NCBI GenBank assembly: GCA_964536985.1
Contig: CAZIBG010000001.1
Location: 1 to 47,016 of the forward strand
Source: an uncultured Candidatus Saccharibacteria bacterium
GTDB taxonomy: Bacteria > Patescibacteriota > Saccharimonadia > Saccharimonadales > AWTP1-31
DNA: 47,016 bases
Reading direction: 5' to 3'
Shown: in pieces, positions 26,195-34,798 of the stretch
How positions within the stretch are numbered: position 1 is the stretch's first letter
How the letters are laid out: each line of letters opens with the position of its first letter
Program-made: the position numbers and the translations under genes
The notes under the pieces: model-generated
Seen by the model: the letters and a program-made list of their open reading frames with translations, nothing else
What the model was told of the DNA's origin: nothing
The model's database searches: none

Positions 26195-26617
26195 GTGCCA
26201 GCTCAAACATTTGAACAAAATCTAGACAACGCCCTGGCGATCATGGGCGCCTCTCAATACGGAAGAATTGACGAGGCATTAACCTTTGATGCCGATATGC
26301 GTTATACCGCAGAACTACTGGAGATATTCACCGAACATCGTTCGGTACGTGTCGGCGAATATGCATTACTCTTTGTCCTAGAAGAGGAGCCAGACAAGAC
26401 TTCGGATCCGAGCCGCTGTTCATGGCTCGCCTCAATTATCAATTTTGCTTATGTAGACGACACTAATGTAGGGCGTAGTGCTGGTGGCGTAATCGTCCCT
26501 CATCAGAATCGACCCTTTAGAAGTTATCCTCAATTTGCCGAGATCGACGCTATAGAACTTAGATGGACAGATATCCGACCAGATTTCGATCCTACTCCAT
26601 ACTTATTTGGTAATTAA
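26195..26617 (+). CDS. Hypothetical protein (start uncertain)
   Basis: The ORF-track start at 26126 overlaps der by 58 nt. In-frame GTG 26195 or ATG 26243 is more plausible. No family was recognised. Confidence 0.5.
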   Translation: MPAQTFEQNLDNALAIMGASQYGRIDEALTFDADMRYTAELLEIFTEHRSVRVGEYALLFVLEEEPDKTSDPSRCSWLASIINFAYVDDTNVGRSAGGVIVPHQNRPFRSYPQFAEIDAIELRWTDIRPDFDPTPYLFGN

Positions 26618-26634
26618 GCTATACTTTTAGTTAT

Positions 26635-27279
26635 ATGGGATTATTCAGTAAGAAACCGATTCAGAACTCGTCGCATGCTCCGCTCTATACGCTTAGCAGC
26701 CAAACTACGGTTCTTCTGGTAGGGCTTGGCAATCCTGGCAGCGAGTACGATGGCACCCGACATAACATTGGTTATAGTGTCCTAGACGAATTCGTAGCCA
26801 ATAACAGCGAGTTTGGCTCTTGGGTTAAGAAAAAGGACCTAAAGTGTCTCATAACGACTGGAACACTCGGAAACGCCCGTGTTATTGCCATTAAGCCAAC
26901 AACCTTCATGAACGAAAGCGGGCAAGCGGTTCGCGCCGTCCAAGATTTTTATAAAATACCCAGCGAAAAAGTAGTCGTTATTCATGACGAATTAGACATT
27001 CCATTCGGACAGATCAAAATCAAAAATGGCGGCGGTACAGCAGGGCATAACGGGTTAAAATCTATCACCAGCCACATCGGCGAGCACTTCGGCCGCATCA
27101 GAATTGGAATCAACAGCGAACACCGCATCAAAACAGACGAAAAAGACTTTGTACTAAAACCATTCAGCAAGGAAGAGCAAAGCCATCTTCCTAATCTCAC
27201 TCGTGAAACCGGTGCTATTCTCACCGAATATATCTACGGCGGTAAGCTCAACCCCGATACTCGTAGTTTTCTTATCTAA
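26635..27279 (+). CDS. pth: Peptidyl-tRNA hydrolase
   Basis: LVGLGNPGSEYDGTRHNIGY and ...HDELD... motifs. It carries a roughly 25-aa N-terminal extension. Confidence 0.9.
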   Translation: MGLFSKKPIQNSSHAPLYTLSSQTTVLLVGLGNPGSEYDGTRHNIGYSVLDEFVANNSEFGSWVKKKDLKCLITTGTLGNARVIAIKPTTFMNESGQAVRAVQDFYKIPSEKVVVIHDELDIPFGQIKIKNGGGTAGHNGLKSITSHIGEHFGRIRIGINSEHRIKTDEKDFVLKPFSKEEQSHLPNLTRETGAILTEYIYGGKLNPDTRSFLI

Positions 27280-27851
27280 TCAACAAAACGAAGATTTGGC
27301 TGTTCGTAGTCAACCGTCACGACCTTGCGAATCGCTGGGGATAGGCCCATGTGCCAACTGGCAGACAAATTAACAGTTTCACCGTCTACGGTCTCTATTG
27401 GTTGCCTCAGTAGCATTACATCGCCCAATCCGTATGTTTCTACATATCCGGGATACACATCACCCGCGAAATATTCGTCATCTGCCGAAAAACAGGCATC
27501 TTCACCGTCTATCGGTATGAGTATGCTCAAGCCCGATCTAACACCTCGGTCAATATGGGGAACGGCTTTTCCATTATATTTGGGTATTTCTATCACGTCA
27601 CCGATACGGACCAATCCAGGTGTATCAATATCCACATCATCAAAAAGATCAAAAAATCCTTTAAGCTCTGGGGCCTTGTTATCGTGAACAAGAAGCGAAG
27701 GCACCTTTGGTACGCCTTGCCTCAATGCCCATACACTCTCTGGGCTGAGGACGTTACCGATTTTTACTGCGTTATTACGTAGGCAGCTAATAGCTGCTTC
27801 TCGCTCAAAGCTCGTAAAACCATCTCTGTTTGGTCGCATAACTCTACTCAT
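27276..27851 (-). CDS. Hypothetical protein with an HxD...H motif (possible Fe(II)/2OG-oxygenase or cupin-like fold)
   Basis: ORF track. PHIDRG followed by a later SWHMG could form a facial triad. This is weak, motif-level evidence only. Confidence 0.5.
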   Translation of the reverse strand: MSRVMRPNRDGFTSFEREAAISCLRNNAVKIGNVLSPESVWALRQGVPKVPSLLVHDNKAPELKGFFDLFDDVDIDTPGLVRIGDVIEIPKYNGKAVPHIDRGVRSGLSILIPIDGEDACFSADDEYFAGDVYPGYVETYGLGDVMLLRQPIETVDGETVNLSASWHMGLSPAIRKVVTVDYEQPNLRFVD

Positions 27852-27863
27852 AAATACAGTATT

Positions 27864-27892
27864 ATTGTAACATGTTTATGCGTAATTTGCAA
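27864..27892 (-). promoter_or_regulatory. Sigma70-like promoter for 27276..27851, implying a near-leaderless mRNA
   Basis: Coding strand reads TTGCAA (27892..27887), a 17-nt spacer, then TACAAT (27869..27864). Only 12 nt separate the -10 from the ATG at 27851. Confidence 0.45.
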
Positions 27893-27911
27893 TAGAATAA
27901 ATACCCCGGAA

Positions 27912-28195
27912 ACATAAAGAGCCTACAGAGGGGGTGGGCACCGCTGTAGGCTCATTACACCCTTCAACCCACCCGAGCGAAGCATCAGCGCCTATTAAAT
28001 ATACGGGCCTGTGCCGCCCCTAGACGGGCTAGGGGACATCGATGTGACTCACTTTGAATTCGGGGTTCCAATGCTATCGAAATAGCAGAGGGACAGTTAA
28101 AGGGGTTAGTCTGTTTTAGAGCGCTGTACTTCGGTAAACCGAGGACAGCGAAGAAAGTGGAGGGTAACAACTTTGGATCGCACGCTCTAAAACAA
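27912..28195 (-). ncRNA. Unclassified structured RNA candidate (about 285 nt) ending in an intrinsic terminator
   Basis: This 450-bp gap contains no credible ORF but many perfect helices. gttttagagcg (28113..28123) pairs with cgctctaaaac (28184..28194). There is a UUCG-capped hairpin gctat-ttcg-atagc (28073..28086) and cccctag-acggg-ctagggg (28017..28035). A 10-bp stem gagcctacag/ctgtaggctc (27919..27953) is followed on the minus strand by CTTTATGTTT. Confidence 0.35.
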
Positions 28196-28300
28196 TCTAA
28201 CAATTGTTAGAATTTGGGGTAGAAGGTACGTAAAACCTAAAAATTAGGAATTACAAGTTGCCATAGTAACAAGAAAGTTACATAATGTCAATACTATTTA

Positions 28301-29185
28301 TTGTTTTTGAGGGAAAAGCAATTTTATATTCTTATGGTAATAAACAAGGTAATGGTAACAGATCACAAAGAGTTGTCTCAGCTGCAAATGCTAACACAGC
28401 CAGTTACTCAATTGTTTTCTGTTGGAAACTTTGTGGAACTACTTGGTAAGCCCATGGTGGCTATTGTTGGCAGTAGAAAAGTTAGCACCTATGGCCGTGC
28501 AGTAACATCTAAGCTAGCTCACGCCTTAGCGCGTGCCGGAGTGGTGATTGTCAGCGGATTGGCGCTTGGCGTCGATTCTATCGCCCACAAAGCAGCATTG
28601 GATGCAGGAGGAAGAACAATAGCCATATTACCCAGTGGTCTAGATAAAGTATACCCAGCCAGCCATTACCCACTTGCAAAGCGAATCACTCAGCAGGGTG
28701 GTGCAGTGATAAGTGAATATCCGGAAGGGACTGGATCGCCGAGGAAGTATCAGTTTATCGCGCGAAACCGGATTATAGCTGCGCTCAGTCGTGGAGTAAT
28801 CATTACCGAGGCTGCCGCCAAGAGTGGCAGCTTACATACCGCAAGTTTTGCGCTCGAACAGGGTATAGAAGTTTTTGCGGTGCCAGGAAATATAACATCA
28901 GAGCTTTCGGTTGGTACAAACGACCTCATCAAAGCGGGGGCTCATCCTATTACCACAGCTCAAGATGTGTTAGAGGTACTGCAAATTCGGCCTTCAACAA
29001 ATCCCGTAGCCAGCGATATTCCTGGAACACTCATTACAAGTGCGCTTGGGTCTTCGATTATGACTACATCTCAGCTACTGGAACGCACTCGGTTACAGCC
29101 TAGTCAACTCCTTCAATCACTCACTAATCTAGAGATTGCCGGTGTGATTCAGCAACCAGGACCTAATAGCTGGAGTTTGATGTAG
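28301..29185 (+). CDS. dprA: DNA processing protein DprA
   Basis: GSRKVSTYGR and GLALGVDSIAHKAAL motifs plus a C-terminal winged-helix-like tail. The start is ambiguous (TTG 28301, ATG 28334 or ATG 28352). A candidate promoter reads TTGCCA (28258..28263), 17 nt, then CATAAT (28281..28286). Confidence 0.85.
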   Translation: MFLREKQFYILMVINKVMVTDHKELSQLQMLTQPVTQLFSVGNFVELLGKPMVAIVGSRKVSTYGRAVTSKLAHALARAGVVIVSGLALGVDSIAHKAALDAGGRTIAILPSGLDKVYPASHYPLAKRITQQGGAVISEYPEGTGSPRKYQFIARNRIIAALSRGVIITEAAAKSGSLHTASFALEQGIEVFAVPGNITSELSVGTNDLIKAGAHPITTAQDVLEVLQIRPSTNPVASDIPGTLITSALGSSIMTTSQLLERTRLQPSQLLQSLTNLEIAGVIQQPGPNSWSLM

Positions 29186-29294
29186 CTATTTGCAATTGTT
29201 TCAAAAGTACCGTACTCTAACGCTCTGTGACCCAGAAATAGCTTGCAGCAAAAGCAATGCTATACTTAAACCTTAAGCAGATCTATACATATAT

Positions 29295-31616
29295 ATGGCA
29301 AAAAACTTAGTTATCGTCGAGTCCCCAGCAAAAGCAAAAACTATCGAGAAATACCTCGGTAAAGATTTTCACGTCCTTTCTTCTATCGGTCATATCCGTG
29401 GGATTGCCAAGAAAACCAAAGACGGAACAGAGGCTATTGATGTTAAGGCCGGCTTTAAGACTACTTACGAAATTGACCCCGAAAAAAAGAAAACCGTCGC
29501 CGAGCTCAAAAAAGCCGTCAAAGCCGCTGAATCTGTTTGGCTGGCAACTGATGAAGACCGCGAAGGAGAGGCTATTGCCTGGCACCTCTGTGAAGTGCTT
29601 AATCTCGATACTAAGACCACTAAGCGTATTGTCTTCCACGAAATTACCAAGAATGCTATCGAAGAAGCCGTCAAGAACCCACGCACAATAGATATGCAAC
29701 TAGTCGAGGCACAGCAGGCCCGACAGATCTTGGACCGCATCGTAGGTTTCGAGCTTTCACCAGTGGTCTGGCAAAAAGTTCCTGGTGGAAAGTCCGCTGG
29801 ACGCGTCCAATCTCCTGCAGTCCGACTACTCGTAGAACGAGAACGAGAAATTCGTGCTTTCGAAGGGTCGGCTTCCTATAAAGTTACTGTCGAGCTATCT
29901 GTTAAAGGTGCCACTATGAAAGCGGAGCTGCCCAAGAAGTTCGACAGCGAAGATAAAGCTCACAAATTCCTAGAGAGTCTTATCGGAGCAAAGTTCACCA
30001 TCAGCAATGTCGTCACAAGTCCCGGCACCCGCAATCCAGCCCCACCGTTTACTACTAGTACCTTACAACAAGAGGCTAACAGCCGCCTCGGCTTTGGAGC
30101 CAAAGCCACCATGGGTTCTGCTCAAAAGCTTTACCAAGAAGGTAAGATCACCTATATGCGTACTGACTCGGTTAATCTTAGCGGCCAAGCCCTATCTCAG
30201 ATCACCGATTATGTAACAACCACTTACGGTAAGGAATACCATCAGTTTCGGACATTTAAAACAAAATCCAGTGGTGCCCAAGAAGCCCACGAAGCAATAC
30301 GCCCAACTGATGTATCTGTCGAAAAGGCTAGCGGTGACGCCTACAATCAAAAGCTCTACACACTTATCCGGAACCGCGCCCTAGCTAGTCAGATGGCCCC
30401 AGCTAAACTAGAAAAGACTACTATTACCATCGCCATTTCTACCTCTACGGAAGTACTGGAGGCTAAAGGCGAAGTAATCCTGTTTGATGGTTTCCTTAAA
30501 GTTTATGGAACCAATAAAAAAGAAGATGACATCTTGCCTCCAGTAGCCGCTGGGGATGAACTTGGCTGTCAAAGCGCCACTGCCAAGCAAGTTTTTGCCC
30601 GTCCGCCCGCCCGCTACTCAGAAGGTGCATTAGTTAAAAAACTAGAAGACCTGGGAATTGGTCGTCCAAGTACCTACGCCACTATTATTAACACCGTCCA
30701 GGTCCGTGGCTACGCTCTTAAGGGCGAATCCGAGGGCGAGCCCCGAGATGTCGTTGTCTTATCGCTCAAAAAAGATACAGTCGAGCGAGAAGTCGTTCAA
30801 GAAAAGACCGGTTCAGACAAGGGTAAACTCGTGCCGACTCCAGGCGGCGAAGTACTGACTGACTTCCTAAACGATCATTTCGATCAAGTTGTAGATTATG
30901 ATTTTACCAAGGAAGTTGAGCAGGAGTTCGACGATATTGCCGAGGGCAAACTTGAGCGCAACAAGATGCTACAAGAGTTCTACGATCCATTCCATAAACT
31001 TATCGAAAATTCAGGGGTCATCAAGCGCAGCGACGTTGCCCAGGCCAAAGAAATTGGTAAAGATCCTAAGACTGGTAAAACCATTATCGCTCGATTTGGC
31101 CGCTTTGGGCCAATGCTCCAGATGGGCGAGGCAGATGATAAGACGGCAGATGGCAAGGACGACAAGCCGCGCTTCGCACCAATGCCTACTGGTACTCGCA
31201 TCGAAACAGTCACCCTAGAAGAAGCACTGGTAATGTTCAAACTTCCTCGCACCGTCGGCAAAACCGATGAGGGCGAAGACATCAAAGCCAACATCGGCCG
31301 CTTTGGCCCCTATATACAGGTCGGTAAGCTGTTTGTGAGCATCAAACCACTTGATCCTCATGATATTACCCATGCGCAGGCTCTAGAGCTTTACAAAGCC
31401 AAACTTAAATCTGAAGCAGAGAAGAACATTGCCGAATTCGAGGATGGCGTCAAAGTGTTAAACGGACGTTATGGCCCCTACATCACTGACGGTAAGAAAA
31501 ACGCTAAGATTCCTAAAGATACCGACCCTAAGAAGATCACCCATAAAGAAGCACTCAAGATCCTGAAGGATGCACCTACTGCAAAGGGTCGCTTCGCTCG
31601 CAAAGCCAAAAAATAG
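29295..31616 (+). CDS. topA: DNA topoisomerase I
   Basis: The TOPRIM N-terminus is LVIVESPAKAKTIEKYLG and the active-site Tyr lies in KITYMRTDS. The C-terminal region has GRFGPM/GRFGPY/GRYGPY repeats rather than Cys4 zinc fingers. Confidence 0.95.
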   Translation: MAKNLVIVESPAKAKTIEKYLGKDFHVLSSIGHIRGIAKKTKDGTEAIDVKAGFKTTYEIDPEKKKTVAELKKAVKAAESVWLATDEDREGEAIAWHLCEVLNLDTKTTKRIVFHEITKNAIEEAVKNPRTIDMQLVEAQQARQILDRIVGFELSPVVWQKVPGGKSAGRVQSPAVRLLVEREREIRAFEGSASYKVTVELSVKGATMKAELPKKFDSEDKAHKFLESLIGAKFTISNVVTSPGTRNPAPPFTTSTLQQEANSRLGFGAKATMGSAQKLYQEGKITYMRTDSVNLSGQALSQITDYVTTTYGKEYHQFRTFKTKSSGAQEAHEAIRPTDVSVEKASGDAYNQKLYTLIRNRALASQMAPAKLEKTTITIAISTSTEVLEAKGEVILFDGFLKVYGTNKKEDDILPPVAAGDELGCQSATAKQVFARPPARYSEGALVKKLEDLGIGRPSTYATIINTVQVRGYALKGESEGEPRDVVVLSLKKDTVEREVVQEKTGSDKGKLVPTPGGEVLTDFLNDHFDQVVDYDFTKEVEQEFDDIAEGKLERNKMLQEFYDPFHKLIENSGVIKRSDVAQAKEIGKDPKTGKTIIARFGRFGPMLQMGEADDKTADGKDDKPRFAPMPTGTRIETVTLEEALVMFKLPRTVGKTDEGEDIKANIGRFGPYIQVGKLFVSIKPLDPHDITHAQALELYKAKLKSEAEKNIAEFEDGVKVLNGRYGPYITDGKKNAKIPKDTDPKKITHKEALKILKDAPTAKGRFARKAKK

Positions 31617-31622
31617 CGGCAT

Positions 31623-32303
31623 ATGAAATACTGGCATTCGCAAACATTTCTTGCTCCGACAAAGAAGGGGGTAGTGTTTTTCCTCTGTGCTCATGACACT
31701 AAACTCAAGTCATACAGATCCTCTGTCAAACAACTAACCAAGCTTGGCTACGATGTTGTAGGCTACGAATTTGACCCAGATATAATCCATTCGGGCAACC
31801 CAGCACTCCTACCTAACCTAGTGGTCAAGATCAGGGAAGATATCCAGAAAATCATCTCTTCAGACTATCCTCGCGCCAAAGACATTGGCCTTTTTGGCAG
31901 CAGCCTCGGTTCTTTTATCTCCTATAACATTCTCGATATTCCAGAAGTTTCGTGGGTTGTTATGAATACCGGAGGCAACATGGCAAAGGGTGTTTGGGCA
32001 TTGCCACGCTCTCATAAGGCGTTTACCAGACAAGGCGTGACACTGGACCAACTAGAAAAAGCCTGGGATGCTATCCAAAACCCTGTATGGAATAAGCCTC
32101 AAGGTACACGCGTGCTCCTCTTAGCAAGCACCGGCGACAAACTAGCCACCGTAGCCGACGCCCAAACTGCCCACGAGTATATGCTAGCCCACGGTGTTAA
32201 CTCAAAGTTTGTAGTCATGCGACAACTCAGCCACAAATACACCATAGTCCGCAACCTAGCCAGAGTAAACTGGCTCATTAGGCACTTACCTCAGGAAAAA
32301 TAA
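31623..32303 (+). CDS. Alpha/beta hydrolase fold protein
   Basis: A GxSxG nucleophile elbow (GSSLGS), with size and pattern typical of small serine hydrolases. Confidence 0.6.
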   Translation: MKYWHSQTFLAPTKKGVVFFLCAHDTKLKSYRSSVKQLTKLGYDVVGYEFDPDIIHSGNPALLPNLVVKIREDIQKIISSDYPRAKDIGLFGSSLGSFISYNILDIPEVSWVVMNTGGNMAKGVWALPRSHKAFTRQGVTLDQLEKAWDAIQNPVWNKPQGTRVLLLASTGDKLATVADAQTAHEYMLAHGVNSKFVVMRQLSHKYTIVRNLARVNWLIRHLPQEK

Positions 32304-32419
32304 GTAAGGTTTTCCACATATTTGTATCTTAAGCAGAAACATACTGCAGTAATATTGACATACAATCTTTGTGCTTATGCTGCGAGTTGATGCTACAATA
32401 AGTACATAAAACTATATGT

Positions 32420-32448
32420 TTGACTTAATTCATCATTAGTTATATAAT
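32420..32448 (+). promoter_or_regulatory. Sigma70-like promoter upstream of 32495..33535
   Basis: TTGACT (32420..32425), a 17-nt spacer, then TATAAT (32443..32448). Confidence 0.5.
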
Positions 32449-32494
32449 TATACCTAACTGAGTTATAAATCAACAGTAATCAGGAAACCTAAAC

Positions 32495-33535
32495 ATGGCA
32501 GATACCGCTAACACCACCCCAGTCAATCTCGAAAAAATGGTACAGGATGTACTTGCTACTATCGAGCGTGAAAGGGAACGAGAAATCGTATCTCGCCGTT
32601 TTGGCCTCTTCGATCGCAAAGAAACTCTCGAACAGATTGGCGAACTCCTCGGTATTACCCGTGAACGCGTTCGACAACTAGAAAAAGCTGTCGTCCAACG
32701 TCTCAAAGCAGCTGCCGAAAAGGACCTCCCGCATATCAAAGATGTCGAGGTACAAATCAGCGAAATACTCGCAGAACAGGGAAGTGTTGCTCGTATAAGT
32801 ACACTTGCAGACAAGTTTGAAGGCGTCAACGAACGTCTTACTCAATCTCGTATTTCTTTCCTTGCTAGCCTCTGTCCAAAGCTGATCGTTATTGATGATA
32901 ATGACAACTTTCACCACGCCGTTGCACTTAAAAGCACTCATGACGACAAGCAACTACGCGCTGCTGTTGCCAAAATTATTGATGCCATCAAGAAAGCAGG
33001 GGAGCCTGTTAAGATCGATGCCATCTCAGAGACAGTCAACGACAAAGATACCGCTCACGTGGCAGCACTTGCCAGCACAAGTAAGCAACTTGCAACCCTT
33101 AATGGCCTCTGGGGCTTAATCAAATGGCCAATGGTCAACCCAAAGAACATCCGTGACAAAATCTACGTTATTCTCAATGTTAATGGTAAGCCACTTCACT
33201 TTAACGAAATCGCTAGCGCCATCAAAGACTCTGAGTTCAAGCGTAAAGATGTTACTACTCAGGCTATTCACAACGAACTTATCAAAGACGGTCGCTTTGT
33301 ACTAATCGGACGGGGAATCTATGCGCTTAAAGAGTGGGGTTACGCAAAGGGAACTGTCGCCGATATCATCAGCGATGTCCTCAAGAAAGCTAACGAACCT
33401 CTTCACCGCGACGAAATCGTCAAACGCGTCCTCAAGAGCCGCCAGGTTAAAGAAACTACCATCCTGCTAAACCTACAGGGCAAAGCACAGTTCAAGCGCG
33501 TAGCTAAAGCTACCTACGCCCTCGCCGAAAAATAG
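32495..33535 (+). CDS. Sigma-70 region-4-like HTH protein with two C-terminal HARE-HTH-like domains
   Basis: The N-terminus EREIVSRRFGL...TLEQIGELLGITRERVRQLEKAVVQRLK matches the region 4 pattern. Two later segments (PLHFNEIASAI...GRFVLIGRGIYALKEW and PLHRDEIVKRVL...FKRVAKATYALAE) resemble HARE-HTH. Confidence 0.65.
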   Translation: MADTANTTPVNLEKMVQDVLATIEREREREIVSRRFGLFDRKETLEQIGELLGITRERVRQLEKAVVQRLKAAAEKDLPHIKDVEVQISEILAEQGSVARISTLADKFEGVNERLTQSRISFLASLCPKLIVIDDNDNFHHAVALKSTHDDKQLRAAVAKIIDAIKKAGEPVKIDAISETVNDKDTAHVAALASTSKQLATLNGLWGLIKWPMVNPKNIRDKIYVILNVNGKPLHFNEIASAIKDSEFKRKDVTTQAIHNELIKDGRFVLIGRGIYALKEWGYAKGTVADIISDVLKKANEPLHRDEIVKRVLKSRQVKETTILLNLQGKAQFKRVAKATYALAEK

Positions 33536-33567
33536 GCCTAAACCTACTAACGACCCCTGTTGATTTT

Positions 33568-34176
33568 ATGGTCCGTGCTATACCTCTTGCCGAAATAAAC
33601 ACCCCTTGGCCATCCCAGCCAATTGTTTGGCGCGCACACGACGATGTCGAGCGCACAGAGAACCTCAGGGCAGATATCAGCGAAGGACGCGACTTTGTAG
33701 TACGCGAAGTCCTTGTTAATCACCCAAGGCACAGAATGGTACACAGTCCCTATTTATCAACTTTGTCTAAGCGCCGTACCAAAGCAGCACTTAGAATGGC
33801 TAACAGGGAATTTAAAGCATTTACCGATGCAGGTTTTGTATGCCCGCCAACAGAATGGCATGTATTTGCCGACCGAGAAGATAGGGTTCGAACCCTAGCA
33901 CGTGTAGCAGTTATCGAAGGTACATGCCTCTACGTTGCCAAATATTACTCACAGATGGACGAAGCGGAACAAGCGGTCAGAAATGATTTTGAAGATCAAT
34001 ATGAAAAATACCTCTCATCTCCAGTTGGAGGAAAATACTACATGGATGACACCCATAGCACACGTCAGTTCATGAAAGGGCAGCTTCGCAATCAGGCCCT
34101 GAGTGCTATTCTGACGCCTGAAGTATCCACATGCCTAGCGGATATCGAACCAGCAAGCTGGTGCAAACGGCCTTAA
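33568..34176 (+). CDS. Hypothetical protein
   Basis: ORF track only; no family was recognised. Confidence 0.5.
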   Translation: MVRAIPLAEINTPWPSQPIVWRAHDDVERTENLRADISEGRDFVVREVLVNHPRHRMVHSPYLSTLSKRRTKAALRMANREFKAFTDAGFVCPPTEWHVFADREDRVRTLARVAVIEGTCLYVAKYYSQMDEAEQAVRNDFEDQYEKYLSSPVGGKYYMDDTHSTRQFMKGQLRNQALSAILTPEVSTCLADIEPASWCKRP

Positions 34177-34195
34177 ACTTCAAATAAGAAATACC

Positions 34196-34760
34196 GAACA
34201 TTTTACGAACAGGCAATATATCCAAGGATTGGATTGGCAAAAGTCATGTACGGCTGTTATTGCCAAGAATAGACATACGAATGCAGGGTACAACAATAAA
34301 ACTAACAAACATTATTGAAAGCAGCAGTACTTGGAGAAGAATCTGGACGGACAGTGTACTTAAAACACATAGCAATGCGACGTCGCACAATGTATATTTT
34401 ACGACTCGCATATAGGGATAATAGTTACATTGGCATACCTCTTCTATAGGGAATAGCCTAGCGACTTTGTCGTATAAGGCGCCATCTATCGTTCTCTGTG
34501 TGTAGATAATAAACAAAACACAGATCTGTATCTTACCTATGATATAAACGTCGCTTTTTACACAGCTACTTTATCTTTCCACCACATGTTATCCACAGCC
34601 ACATTTGCAATATTTGACTTTTGTTACCTTTTATATCTTTTTATATGTTTCCCCTCCACTCTCCAAATTTTGTGATATTTGACTTTTACCTTACTTTGCA
34701 TTGTTATATATTTTTTTCTAGCATTAAGTAGTTAACGACAAACTGAACATTTTACGAACA
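34196..34760 (+). repeat. 16-bp perfect direct repeat GAACATTTTACGAACA (34196..34211 and 34745..34760) bracketing a gene-poor 550-bp segment
   Basis: Read directly from the sequence. The segment also contains a 13-bp direct repeat atatttgactttt (34610..34622 and 34675..34687) and a perfect DnaA-box 9-mer TTATCCACA (34589..34597). Confidence 0.6.
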
Positions 34761-34798
34761 TAGAGTAGGGTGATGGGGGACAATGGAATGCTAGTGAT

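Noticed and set aside
27912-28195. Naming the structured RNA as RNase P, tmRNA, SRP or 6S RNA.
   Set aside because: I found no GAGGAAAGUCC/ACAGAA (RNase P) motif, no tRNA-like 3' end or tag ORF ending in a stop (tmRNA), and no GGAAGCAGC-type SRP domain IV motif. The RNA class is left open.
27985-28203. A 72-aa minus-strand ORF in the dprA upstream gap.
   Set aside because: It has no start context and is Cys/Pro-rich. It coincides with stacked perfect RNA helices, so a structured RNA is the better explanation.
29307-31694. Multiple short ORFs on both strands inside topA (e.g. 29307..29699, 29398..29691, 30898..31218, 30980..31294).
   Set aside because: They are embedded in a 773-aa gene with unambiguous topoisomerase I motifs.
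34409-34460. tatagggataatag / tatagggaatag motifs resembling a homing-endonuclease (I-SceI-like TAGGGATAA) site.
   Set aside because: This is only a short partial match, and there is no intron or endonuclease ORF nearby. It is most likely coincidence.
34244-34516. A 90-aa minus-strand ORF in the post-ftsQ gap.
   Set aside because: It has a TTG start, no Shine-Dalgarno motif, and a Cys-rich hydrophobic low-information sequence in an AT-rich region. It is kept only as context for the gap finding.
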